DNA of 24,000 bases from the sequence record NC_029121.1; one strand, given 5' to 3'. Shown here one piece after another: positions 15,796 to 21,721 of this stretch; the first letter of the stretch is position 1; each line of letters opens with the position of its first letter. A program made the position numbers and the translations under genes. Under the pieces are notes generated by a model, which saw nothing but the letters and a program-made list of their open reading frames with translations, did not search any database and was not told the DNA's origin. The stretch comes from Bacillus phage Bp8p-C.

Positions 15796-16092
15796 TTATT
15801 TATGAAAATTTTCTGCTACCGCTGCGTGAAGATAAACGGCTTTTTGTACGTTATAAGGTAAGTCACCCCATTCTATCTCTTTCCCTATATCTTCGTGTAG
15901 TTCCTCATCATCGTATAAAGGGATATCATCAGAAAACGACCATACACCCTCAAAAGGGTTTGCACTACATGCTACGGTGTATACCGTTCCCTCCTCCATG
16001 TCAATAAGCTGAACTGAATACCGGTCAAGCGTACGCCCTTCGTTGTCATATGCTTTAAGAAAACCTTCCGGTTCAATACTATAGTTAGTCAT
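15796..16092 (-). CDS. acidic hypothetical protein (98 aa)
   Basis: AGGAGGAATAGGC RBS upstream of ATG. Confidence 0.8.
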   Translation of the reverse strand: MTNYSIEPEGFLKAYDNEGRTLDRYSVQLIDMEEGTVYTVACSANPFEGVWSFSDDIPLYDDEELHEDIGKEIEWGDLPYNVQKAVYLHAAVAENFHK

Positions 16093-16104
16093 GCCTATTC
16101 CTCC

Positions 16105-16230
16105 TTACAAGAATTTTTTATGTAGTGCCGCAAACTGCTTATCTAGTTGGGCAACCATTTCATTTTCAGCCTTAAGGCGCTTCTCAATTCGCTTTCTATT
16201 TGCTAGTGTGTCCATTAACGCTTTCCACAT
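16105..16230 (-). CDS. microprotein (41 aa), not in ORF track
   Basis: MWKALMDTLANRKRIEKRLKAENEMVAQLDKQFAALHKKFL*; AAAAGGAGTTGGGTGAC upstream of ATG; first ORF after promoter unit 16. Confidence 0.7.
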   Translation of the reverse strand: MWKALMDTLANRKRIEKRLKAENEMVAQLDKQFAALHKKFL

Positions 16231-16259
16231 GTCACCCAACTCCTTTTCTTGATAACTCA

Positions 16260-16291
16260 ATGATATCAAAGGGTTGATATAATGTCAACCC
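16260..16291 (-). promoter_or_regulatory. palindromic promoter-operator unit 16
   Basis: Minus: GGGTTGAC-ATTAT-ATCAACCC, TTGACA-17-TATCAT. Confidence 0.8.
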
Positions 16292-16306
16292 TTATTTAAA
16301 CTTTTT

Positions 16307-16873
16307 TTAAAAACTTTCTGTAACTGTTTTGAATAGCTTATAGTCGTTTTCCGGTTCTACATAGTACTCATCATCCAAACGGTTATCCACATAAAACTCT
16401 AGAAAGTAGTCAAATGCGTTTTCATCTGTGTAACAGGATTCCACTGCATCTTTCATATTGTTTGCTAACAGTTGGGCAATGCTATCACAGACGTTTTCAA
16501 ACTTCTCGTACAGCTCATCGCATTCCTCATCAGTATCAGCGTTTAAGTAAGCTTCCTGCGCTTGCTTCATACTGTCTAATGCTTTTCTGTCTTCTTCTTC
16601 CGTTGTAAATAAACCCATGTCTTTAGAAAGTTTTTCCGCACCTTCCAGGAACCCTTGATAATCGTCAATAGTCATATAAACGTGTGAGAACCCGCCAATG
16701 CTCCAATTAGATAAGTACGATTTTACATAGTGGAGACGATCACCCACCCAATACATTTCACCTTCTGCGGCATCTTCTTGCACCTGTTGGCGCAATTTCG
16801 GGTTGTTCTCCCAAACCTTTTTCAGCTCATCCTGTGTTAGTTCTTCGATTAGTTTCTTTTCCATTCTTACCAA
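16307..16873 (-). CDS. NNPKLR-family hypothetical protein B (188 aa), acidic
   Basis: IEELTQDELKKVWENNPKLRQQVQED...; AAAGGAGTTGG upstream; paralogue of 15183-15743. Confidence 0.85.
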   Translation of the reverse strand: MVRMEKKLIEELTQDELKKVWENNPKLRQQVQEDAAEGEMYWVGDRLHYVKSYLSNWSIGGFSHVYMTIDDYQGFLEGAEKLSKDMGLFTTEEEDRKALDSMKQAQEAYLNADTDEECDELYEKFENVCDSIAQLLANNMKDAVESCYTDENAFDYFLEFYVDNRLDDEYYVEPENDYKLFKTVTESF

Positions 16874-16918
16874 CTCCTTTAAGTTTATGTATTACGTGTT
16901 CCTGTCTTGCTTAACTTA

Positions 16919-16950
16919 ATGATATCAAAGGGTTGATATAATGTCAACCC
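16919..16950 (-). promoter_or_regulatory. palindromic promoter-operator unit 17
   Basis: Minus: GGGTTGAC-ATTAT-ATCAACCC, TTGACA-17-TATCAT. Confidence 0.8.
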
Positions 16951-16965
16951 TTATTTAAACTTTTT

Positions 16966-17214
16966 TTAAACCCGTGTATAAAAATCATTGTACGCCGTTT
17001 CTTTAATGCTTGTAAATAACCCTTCCGATAAAACATGGATGCTTGCATCATATACCCACACCGCAAATTCTGCGTGTTTAGCGTGCTTTGCCAGTACTAC
17101 TTGAAGATGATCACAAGCCTTATTATACAGCGATAAAGGACGGTTCGTAACAAGCTCAAACCCTTTTGATTCTACGGATTCTGTGATTAATTGACCTAGT
17201 AAAAAATCTGTCAT
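16966..17214 (-). CDS. hypothetical protein (82 aa)
   Basis: GGAGGGGAAACG upstream of ATG. Confidence 0.75.
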   Translation of the reverse strand: MTDFLLGQLITESVESKGFELVTNRPLSLYNKACDHLQVVLAKHAKHAEFAVWVYDASIHVLSEGLFTSIKETAYNDFYTRV

Positions 17215-17234
17215 CGTTTCCCCTCCTAGACAGG

Positions 17235-17387
17235 TTACATAGTGTTAGATGCTATGATCACAGAAAGGAGAAGAATAAATACGAATCCCGTTAATAGGTA
17301 AGTTCCATAAAATAAGACTGCCGAGTCTTTTTCTAGTTCTTCTGCTTGAAAGAAATACAGATTGATTTTTCTAATAATGTTTTTCAT
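17235..17387 (-). CDS. single-pass membrane microprotein (50 aa), not in ORF track
   Basis: MKNIIRKINLYFFQAEELEKDSAVLFYGTYLLTGFVFILLLSVIIASNTM*; ACAGGAGGGAAAACG RBS. Confidence 0.75.
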   Translation of the reverse strand: MKNIIRKINLYFFQAEELEKDSAVLFYGTYLLTGFVFILLLSVIIASNTM

Positions 17388-17410
17388 TCGTTTTCCCTCC
17401 TGTAATTACA

Positions 17411-17632
17411 TCATAGGATATAACAAGCATACCTGTCAATAATGTTTGTGTCAATGGGTTTTTCGTTGATAACTTCACCACGGGGAACCCACGATAAAAC
17501 ACCCGTGTTAAAATAAGTTTCAGCATGGTTAAAACTGTTCCGCAAACTTAAAACAAGTTCAGACGCCTGTCCGTGGCTCTCTAATGTGAGGAAAACGTCT
17601 TTACCCTTGTAACGAAACTTTACAGAATACAT
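17411..17632 (-). CDS. hypothetical protein; start re-assigned from 17662 to internal Met
   Basis: The ORF-track start at 17662 lies upstream of the expected transcription start of promoter unit 18; MYSVKFRYKGKDVFLTL is the likely N-terminus. Confidence 0.65.
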   Translation of the reverse strand: MYSVKFRYKGKDVFLTLESHGQASELVLSLRNSFNHAETYFNTGVLSWVPRGEVINEKPIDTNIIDRYACYIL

Positions 17633-17652
17633 AAGATCAGCCCCGTATATAA

Positions 17653-17685
17653 AGAGTATCATAAGGGTTGATATAATGTCAACCC
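17653..17685 (-). promoter_or_regulatory. palindromic promoter-operator unit 18
   Basis: Minus: GGGTTGAC-ATTAT-ATCAACCC, TTGACA with weaker -10 (TACTCT, 18-bp spacer). Confidence 0.75.
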
Positions 17686-17697
17686 TTATTTTATTGT

Positions 17698-18210
17698 TTA
17701 TGCGTTTTGTTCTTCTTGATCTGTGTTGTTCTCGATGATCTCTAATACCTTGGCGTCAAACTGCTCAAATGTGTTGTTGTGGTCTACATCGGTACATAGT
17801 TCCTCAAGGTTAATAGCAATATTGTCATAAACCTCTCCTGCCACGTTTTTATCTTTTAAAGATTCGTTAACCTGTGCAACTGCTCGATTGTACATAATGT
17901 CATCGAGGTTTTTGTACAGCGATTCGGTGTAATACTGGTAATAGCCGCCCGCAAAAAGGTTAGTAAGGCTGAAATTGTTTGTATCAAGACCCGTCTGAAA
18001 TACAAATTCTTTGATATAATATTCGATGTCTTCCGCATTCTTCCATAACTCATAATTATAGATTGGAGTAAATGTATCGGCTACCTCCATAATAGCGTCA
18101 CAAATGTACATGCTTCCGTCATAATCTCTTTCTAGTGATTTCAGTGCGTCTGCCTCATCTTCTAAAATGTCAATTAGTTCATACTCTCTAATTTCTAACA
18201 TGTAAAACAT
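17698..18210 (-). CDS. highly acidic protein (170 aa), possible DNA-mimic (Ocr-reminiscent)
   Basis: Hand count 38 D/E against 10 K/R; segment DYDGSMYICDAIMEVADTFTPIYNYELWKNAEDIEYY; AAAGGAG upstream. Confidence 0.8.
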   Translation of the reverse strand: MFYMLEIREYELIDILEDEADALKSLERDYDGSMYICDAIMEVADTFTPIYNYELWKNAEDIEYYIKEFVFQTGLDTNNFSLTNLFAGGYYQYYTESLYKNLDDIMYNRAVAQVNESLKDKNVAGEVYDNIAINLEELCTDVDHNNTFEQFDAKVLEIIENNTDQEEQNA

Positions 18211-18234
18211 CTCCTTTAAGTTTGTTATGTTTTT

Positions 18235-18266
18235 AGTATATTGCAGGGTTGATGTAATGTCAACCC
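18235..18266 (-). promoter_or_regulatory. palindromic promoter-operator unit 19
   Basis: Minus: GGGTTGAC-ATTAC-ATCAACCC, TTGACA-17-TATACT. Confidence 0.85.
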
Positions 18267-18273
18267 TTTTTTT

Positions 18274-18396
18274 TTATTTCTTGCTGCTGCTATTTCCTGC
18301 ACACTGGGCACATTTATTTCTATCATGTGATTCCCCTACCAAGTAAGCAACATTACATGTTTCGCATAGGTCTACCCGATAATCAGCAAGTTTCAT
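18274..18396 (-). CDS. zinc-ribbon-like microprotein (40 aa, CxxC...CxxC), not in ORF track
   Basis: MKLADYRVDLCETCNVAYLVGESHDRNKCAQCAGNSSSKK*; GGGAGGTTGTTACAT upstream; follows promoter unit 20. Confidence 0.75.
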   Translation of the reverse strand: MKLADYRVDLCETCNVAYLVGESHDRNKCAQCAGNSSSKK

Positions 18397-18426
18397 ATGT
18401 AACAACCTCCCTTATTTGATAAACCT

Positions 18427-18459
18427 AGTGTAACATGAGGGCTGACATAGTGTCAACCC
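18427..18459 (-). promoter_or_regulatory. palindromic promoter-operator unit 20
   Basis: Minus: GGGTTGAC-ACTAT-GTCAGCCC, TTGACA-18-TACACT. Confidence 0.85.
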
Positions 18460-18476
18460 CTTTTGTGAAAAAAGTT

Positions 18477-19118
18477 TTAAAGATTTAAATTAACAAGTTC
18501 ACGGGCTTTACCTTTTAAAGAAACAAAGGTACCTTCGTCAGTAACAGTCAACTTTACATGCCCTTTGTCTGATAGGTTGACGAAACAATCAATCGCACCT
18601 ACGACGTATAGTCCTAAATCGTCTATGATGTCTTTAGTAGACACGCCGCTTTCTGTTCCTTTAGCAAATGCCGATACGGTTTCATTATCTGCGATATAGG
18701 TTAGAATACGTCCTTCCGTCGAGGACACATCAAGTACCCTTACATCTTCACAAATGCGCCATACTGATAATTCGGTCAAAACTTCCCACCATGAATCGCA
18801 AATCGTTTGAGTACCGCCCAAACTTTCTACACTCCAATACTGGACGGCGTCAATGATAAAATGCTCAACATCTTCTAGGGCTTCATCTAGGCTCTCAAAC
18901 CCTCCGTATGATGCTACGTCTTCCGGATGTGCGATGTCCTCTAATGAGACAGTTAATTCACTTAATAGGTAGAAAGTAGGTTCATCTCCTGTAGTGGGTT
19001 GTACTTCTACATAGACGTATTCTCCTTCGTTGTCTTCGTCCTCTCTAATGAAAATGCCCCCGTGATCTTTCCAGTCGATGTCACCATAATTAGTCCAATG
19101 TTTTTCCATTTTCTCCAA
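18477..19118 (-). CDS. acidic hypothetical protein (213 aa)
   Basis: AAAGGAGTTGG upstream; largest ORF of the module. Confidence 0.85.
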   Translation of the reverse strand: MEKMEKHWTNYGDIDWKDHGGIFIREDEDNEGEYVYVEVQPTTGDEPTFYLLSELTVSLEDIAHPEDVASYGGFESLDEALEDVEHFIIDAVQYWSVESLGGTQTICDSWWEVLTELSVWRICEDVRVLDVSSTEGRILTYIADNETVSAFAKGTESGVSTKDIIDDLGLYVVGAIDCFVNLSDKGHVKLTVTDEGTFVSLKGKARELVNLNL

Positions 19119-19163
19119 CTCCTTTAGGTTTATGTAATGCGTGTTCCTGTCTTGCTTAACTTA

Positions 19164-19195
19164 ATGATATCAAAGGGTTGATATAATGTCAACCC
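19164..19195 (-). promoter_or_regulatory. palindromic promoter-operator unit 21
   Basis: Minus: GGGTTGAC-ATTAT-ATCAACCC, TTGACA-17-TATCAT. Confidence 0.8.
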
Positions 19196-19570
19196 TTATT
19201 TATAAAAAATTCTCTTATCCTTTAAAATGACTGTATTTGCGGTGCTGATGGGTTGATGTGTTTCCTTATCGATGAAACTGTTAAACTTGTAAGGGTTGTA
19301 TGTGGCTTCCCTGTACGTTTCATCTATATGCGCCTTTACGTCCTGTGTGAGCGTTCCAATTACATACGCATGAACATTCTTACGATTTTCTTTTAAAACC
19401 TTGTCACGCCCCTTTTGATTGACTTTAAAGGTGACATCGGAAAGAATAACTATAGAAGAGTGACACACGACCTTTTCGTTTTGCTTGACACTGAATACCT
19501 TCTTATGTAGGTTAAAATAAACTTTCGATACTGCACCGGTCTTCACTTCTCTATCTTGGTACGTTTGCAT
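19196..19570 (-). CDS. hypothetical protein (124 aa)
   Basis: AAAGGAGGGC RBS. Confidence 0.8.
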   Translation of the reverse strand: MQTYQDREVKTGAVSKVYFNLHKKVFSVKQNEKVVCHSSIVILSDVTFKVNQKGRDKVLKENRKNVHAYVIGTLTQDVKAHIDETYREATYNPYKFNSFIDKETHQPISTANTVILKDKRIFYK

Positions 19571-19599
19571 TGGTTAGCCCTCCTTTTGTCTTCTCCTCT

Positions 19600-19631
19600 A
19601 TAGTACGCCGGTATTGATTAAATGTCAACCC
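19600..19631 (-). promoter_or_regulatory. degenerate promoter-operator unit 22
   Basis: Minus: GGGTTGAC-ATTTA-ATCAATAC, TTGACA-17-TACTAT. Confidence 0.7.
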
Positions 19632-19632
19632 T

Positions 19633-19682
19633 AAAATAAAAAAAAAATGAGCAGCACGGATTTTTTTTTCTACCATGCTGCC
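19633..19682 (-). terminator. Rho-independent terminator of the 19.8-24 kb minus-strand block
   Basis: Minus: GCAGCATGG-loop-CCGTGCTGC then TCATTTTTTTTTT. Confidence 0.8.
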
Positions 19683-19697
19683 CGGGTTAAACGGAAT

Positions 19698-19813
19698 CTG
19701 TGTAGGGAGCTACTAAGGAAATTCCTATTCTGTGTAGGGAGCTACTAAGGAAATTCCTATTCTGTGTAGGGAGCTACTAAGGAAATTCCTATTCTGTGTA
19801 GGGAGCTACTAAG
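19698..19813. repeat. 32-bp tandem repeat array (3 full units plus a 20-bp partial)
   Basis: CTGTGTAGGGAGCTACTAAGGAAATTCCTATT at 19698, 19730, 19762, partial at 19794; exact 32-bp period. Confidence 0.97.
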
Positions 19814-20037
19814 AGTTCAGGAACCTCTACAACAGGGTAAACCCAAAGACTGTTTAACTCCTCGGGACTGTTTGTCCCTCCCCAAAAACTACATCCGGAA
19901 CCTACTATGAAACAGTCACAAGCTCCATTATTTCTTTTATACTCGCTCTTGAGAGCTAGAGTGTCATTATACATGAAAAGACTACCCGGAGACAGCTCCT
20001 CTATTTGTACTCGTTTAATCTCTGCCATCAGCTTCAC
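19789..20037 (-). CDS. hypothetical protein (82 aa), C-terminus encoded in the repeat array
   Basis: ORF MKLMAEIKRVQIEELSPGSLFMYNDTLALKSEYK...VAPYTE*; AGGAGG lies further upstream so the exact start is uncertain. Confidence 0.7.
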   Translation of the reverse strand: MKLMAEIKRVQIEELSPGSLFMYNDTLALKSEYKRNNGACDCFIVGSGCSFWGGTNSPEELNSLWVYPVVEVPELLVAPYTE

Positions 20038-20074
20038 GTAGTCTCACCTCCTCTCTATACCTCGACTAAATTTT

Positions 20075-20092
20075 GTGCAGGGAGCTACTAAG
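20075..20092. repeat. dispersed copy of the array core (GTGCAGGGAGCTACTAAG)
   Basis: One mismatch to GTGTAGGGAGCTACTAAG. Confidence 0.85.
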
Positions 20093-20486
20093 CGTTTGGC
20101 AGCTGCTCCATAACTCGGCTAACCCACTCCCGAAGGTACTTCTCCTCCGGTAGGTCTTCTTCGTAGAAGGACTCCTCGAGTCCCATCCATCCGTACGGAG
20201 GATCAGTGTCGATCCACACTCCTGTTAGAGTATCATATATTTGAATGTGGTCAGCGTTGTGAAGTCGACGCCTTTCAGCGTCCCAGTCAGAACTGTACTT
20301 ACTACCTGCTTCGCCGGGTACTTCTGAGAATGCTGAGATGTTGAAGTCCATTAAGAGGAACTTTTCCGTCTCTTGCTTAGTTTTAAAGACTCTGCTTATA
20401 TCTCGAAGCCCTCCCCCGGGGTAGTAGTCGTAGAAGTTGAACAGCTGGTATCGACCTGTAGGAACAGTATATACCTTCACAGTCAT
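20088..20486 (-). CDS. hypothetical protein (132 aa)
   Basis: AAGGAGGGAGAATG RBS. Confidence 0.8.
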   Translation of the reverse strand: MTVKVYTVPTGRYQLFNFYDYYPGGGLRDISRVFKTKQETEKFLLMDFNISAFSEVPGEAGSKYSSDWDAERRRLHNADHIQIYDTLTGVWIDTDPPYGWMGLEESFYEEDLPEEKYLREWVSRVMEQLPNA

Positions 20487-20890
20487 TCTCCCTCCTTGAT
20501 ATACTTACTCGCCATAAGCTCTTCTACATACTTGTCTAGTAGTGTTTCAATGGACATCCCATCGTTTAAAAACTTCTCGGCAAGGTCTCTCTTAATGTTT
20601 TCCACCGGACGACGTACTTCATAGTCTTGTGTAGTAATCAAAGCGAGGACTTCCGGTAACGAGAGGCTGAATAGATTACCGTACCAACGAACAAGTTGTT
20701 CCCTAAAAGATGACTCGAATGCCGGAGTAACTCGAATAACGGTATCTCTTTCTTCTTCTACAATTTTATGATTCTTTATAACGGTCTCTAATAGTTCAGG
20801 TACGGTAAGGCTTTCTCTCTCCCGAATATACTTTACTAATTCTACATGTACCTCGTGTGTGACAATTAAAGTCTGTTTTGTTTTTTCCAT
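20483..20890 (-). CDS. hypothetical protein (135 aa)
   Basis: AAAGGAGGAG RBS, 4-nt overlap with next gene. Confidence 0.8.
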   Translation of the reverse strand: MEKTKQTLIVTHEVHVELVKYIRERESLTVPELLETVIKNHKIVEEERDTVIRVTPAFESSFREQLVRWYGNLFSLSLPEVLALITTQDYEVRRPVENIKRDLAEKFLNDGMSIETLLDKYVEELMASKYIKEGE

Positions 20891-20905
20891 TGTAAAACTC
20901 CTCCT

Positions 20906-21385
20906 TTAATCCCAAACTTCTGTGACTAGGTCTTCTAAGGCTACTACAACAAAGCGCTTATCTTTTGCTGCAAGTACAGTTTCTTTGGTAGATTTGTATA
21001 GCGGGGAAATCATCACATGGCTTTTTTCCGTATCGTTAGCAGCTATAACTACAAAGTCTTGGTCATGAAGAACTCGGTGCCCTTGGGTATCATACACGTT
21101 TAGTTGCGCCGGATTAGCCTTTACTACTTTACCATAACTATCGTCATACTTCAGTTTCTTAAACCCTACAAGTCTAACCGAGTCCACATTGATCATGTCT
21201 TCTCTCTCGTCAACTGTAACTAACTGGTTGACGATGTCTTTAACTTTATACTTACTATGGTCTATACGGATAGTATCTCCTTCTTTTAACGGTAAGGGGG
21301 AGATTACCTCTTGGGCTACAAAGCCTTCCTCATACTCCATAGCTCTCACGTAGTACTTACATTCTCCATACAATCTCGTCATCAT
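20906..21385 (-). CDS. hypothetical protein (159 aa)
   Basis: AAAGGAGGAATAATG upstream. Confidence 0.85.
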   Translation of the reverse strand: MMTRLYGECKYYVRAMEYEEGFVAQEVISPLPLKEGDTIRIDHSKYKVKDIVNQLVTVDEREDMINVDSVRLVGFKKLKYDDSYGKVVKANPAQLNVYDTQGHRVLHDQDFVVIAANDTEKSHVMISPLYKSTKETVLAAKDKRFVVVALEDLVTEVWD

Positions 21386-21406
21386 TATTCCTCCTTTAAA
21401 TTAATG

Positions 21407-21607
21407 CTAACCTAGGTAATACCCTTTCTCCACTGCTTCATCCCATTCTGTTTGAGAAAAGACTCGGTTTTCTCGCTTAGTGACTCCATAACAGTTTGTA
21501 GTAATATCCGCTGTTACATACTTTTTGTCCGGCAGCTCTTTTGTCCACTCCGCTCTATAAGGCGTAACCTTATGAACCTTAATGATGTAATGCTCTAGTA
21601 CGTTCAA
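21407..21607 (-). CDS. hypothetical protein (66 aa, TTG start)
   Basis: AGAGGAGGAACAACC upstream of TTG. Confidence 0.75.
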   Translation of the reverse strand: MNVLEHYIIKVHKVTPYRAEWTKELPDKKYVTADITTNCYGVTKRENRVFSQTEWDEAVEKGYYLG

Positions 21608-21620
21608 GGTTGTTCCTCCT

Positions 21621-21640
21621 CTGTGTAGGGAGCTACTAAG
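21621..21640. repeat. dispersed copy of the array core (CTGTGTAGGGAGCTACTAAG)
   Basis: Identical to the first 20 nt of the 32-bp unit. Confidence 0.92.
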
Positions 21641-21668
21641 TGATTAGCAGCCCGTTGTTATTAACTAC

Positions 21669-21700
21669 ATTTTATTCTAGGTTTGACTATTTGTCAACAT
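21669..21700 (-). promoter_or_regulatory. sigmaA-type promoter with a degenerate copy of the palindrome
   Basis: Minus: TTGACA-17-TAAAAT; GTTGAC-AAATA-GTCAAAC overlaps the -35. Confidence 0.75.
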
Positions 21701-21721
21701 TGTATTTTTAACTTCGCTAAT

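Noticed and set aside
7380-19631. The palindromes as Rho-independent terminators of upstream genes
   Set aside because: They coincide with -35 boxes at fixed distance from a -10 and their flanking A/T tracts are not consistent T-runs; unit 19 with a T-rich flank on the plus strand is on the wrong strand for the minus genes.
19698-19813. CRISPR array
   Set aside because: Units are directly tandem with no variable spacers and no cas-like genes nearby.
20373-20624. Plus-strand ORF 20373-20624
   Set aside because: Spans the junction of two well-supported minus-strand genes with good RBSs; Ser-rich composition.
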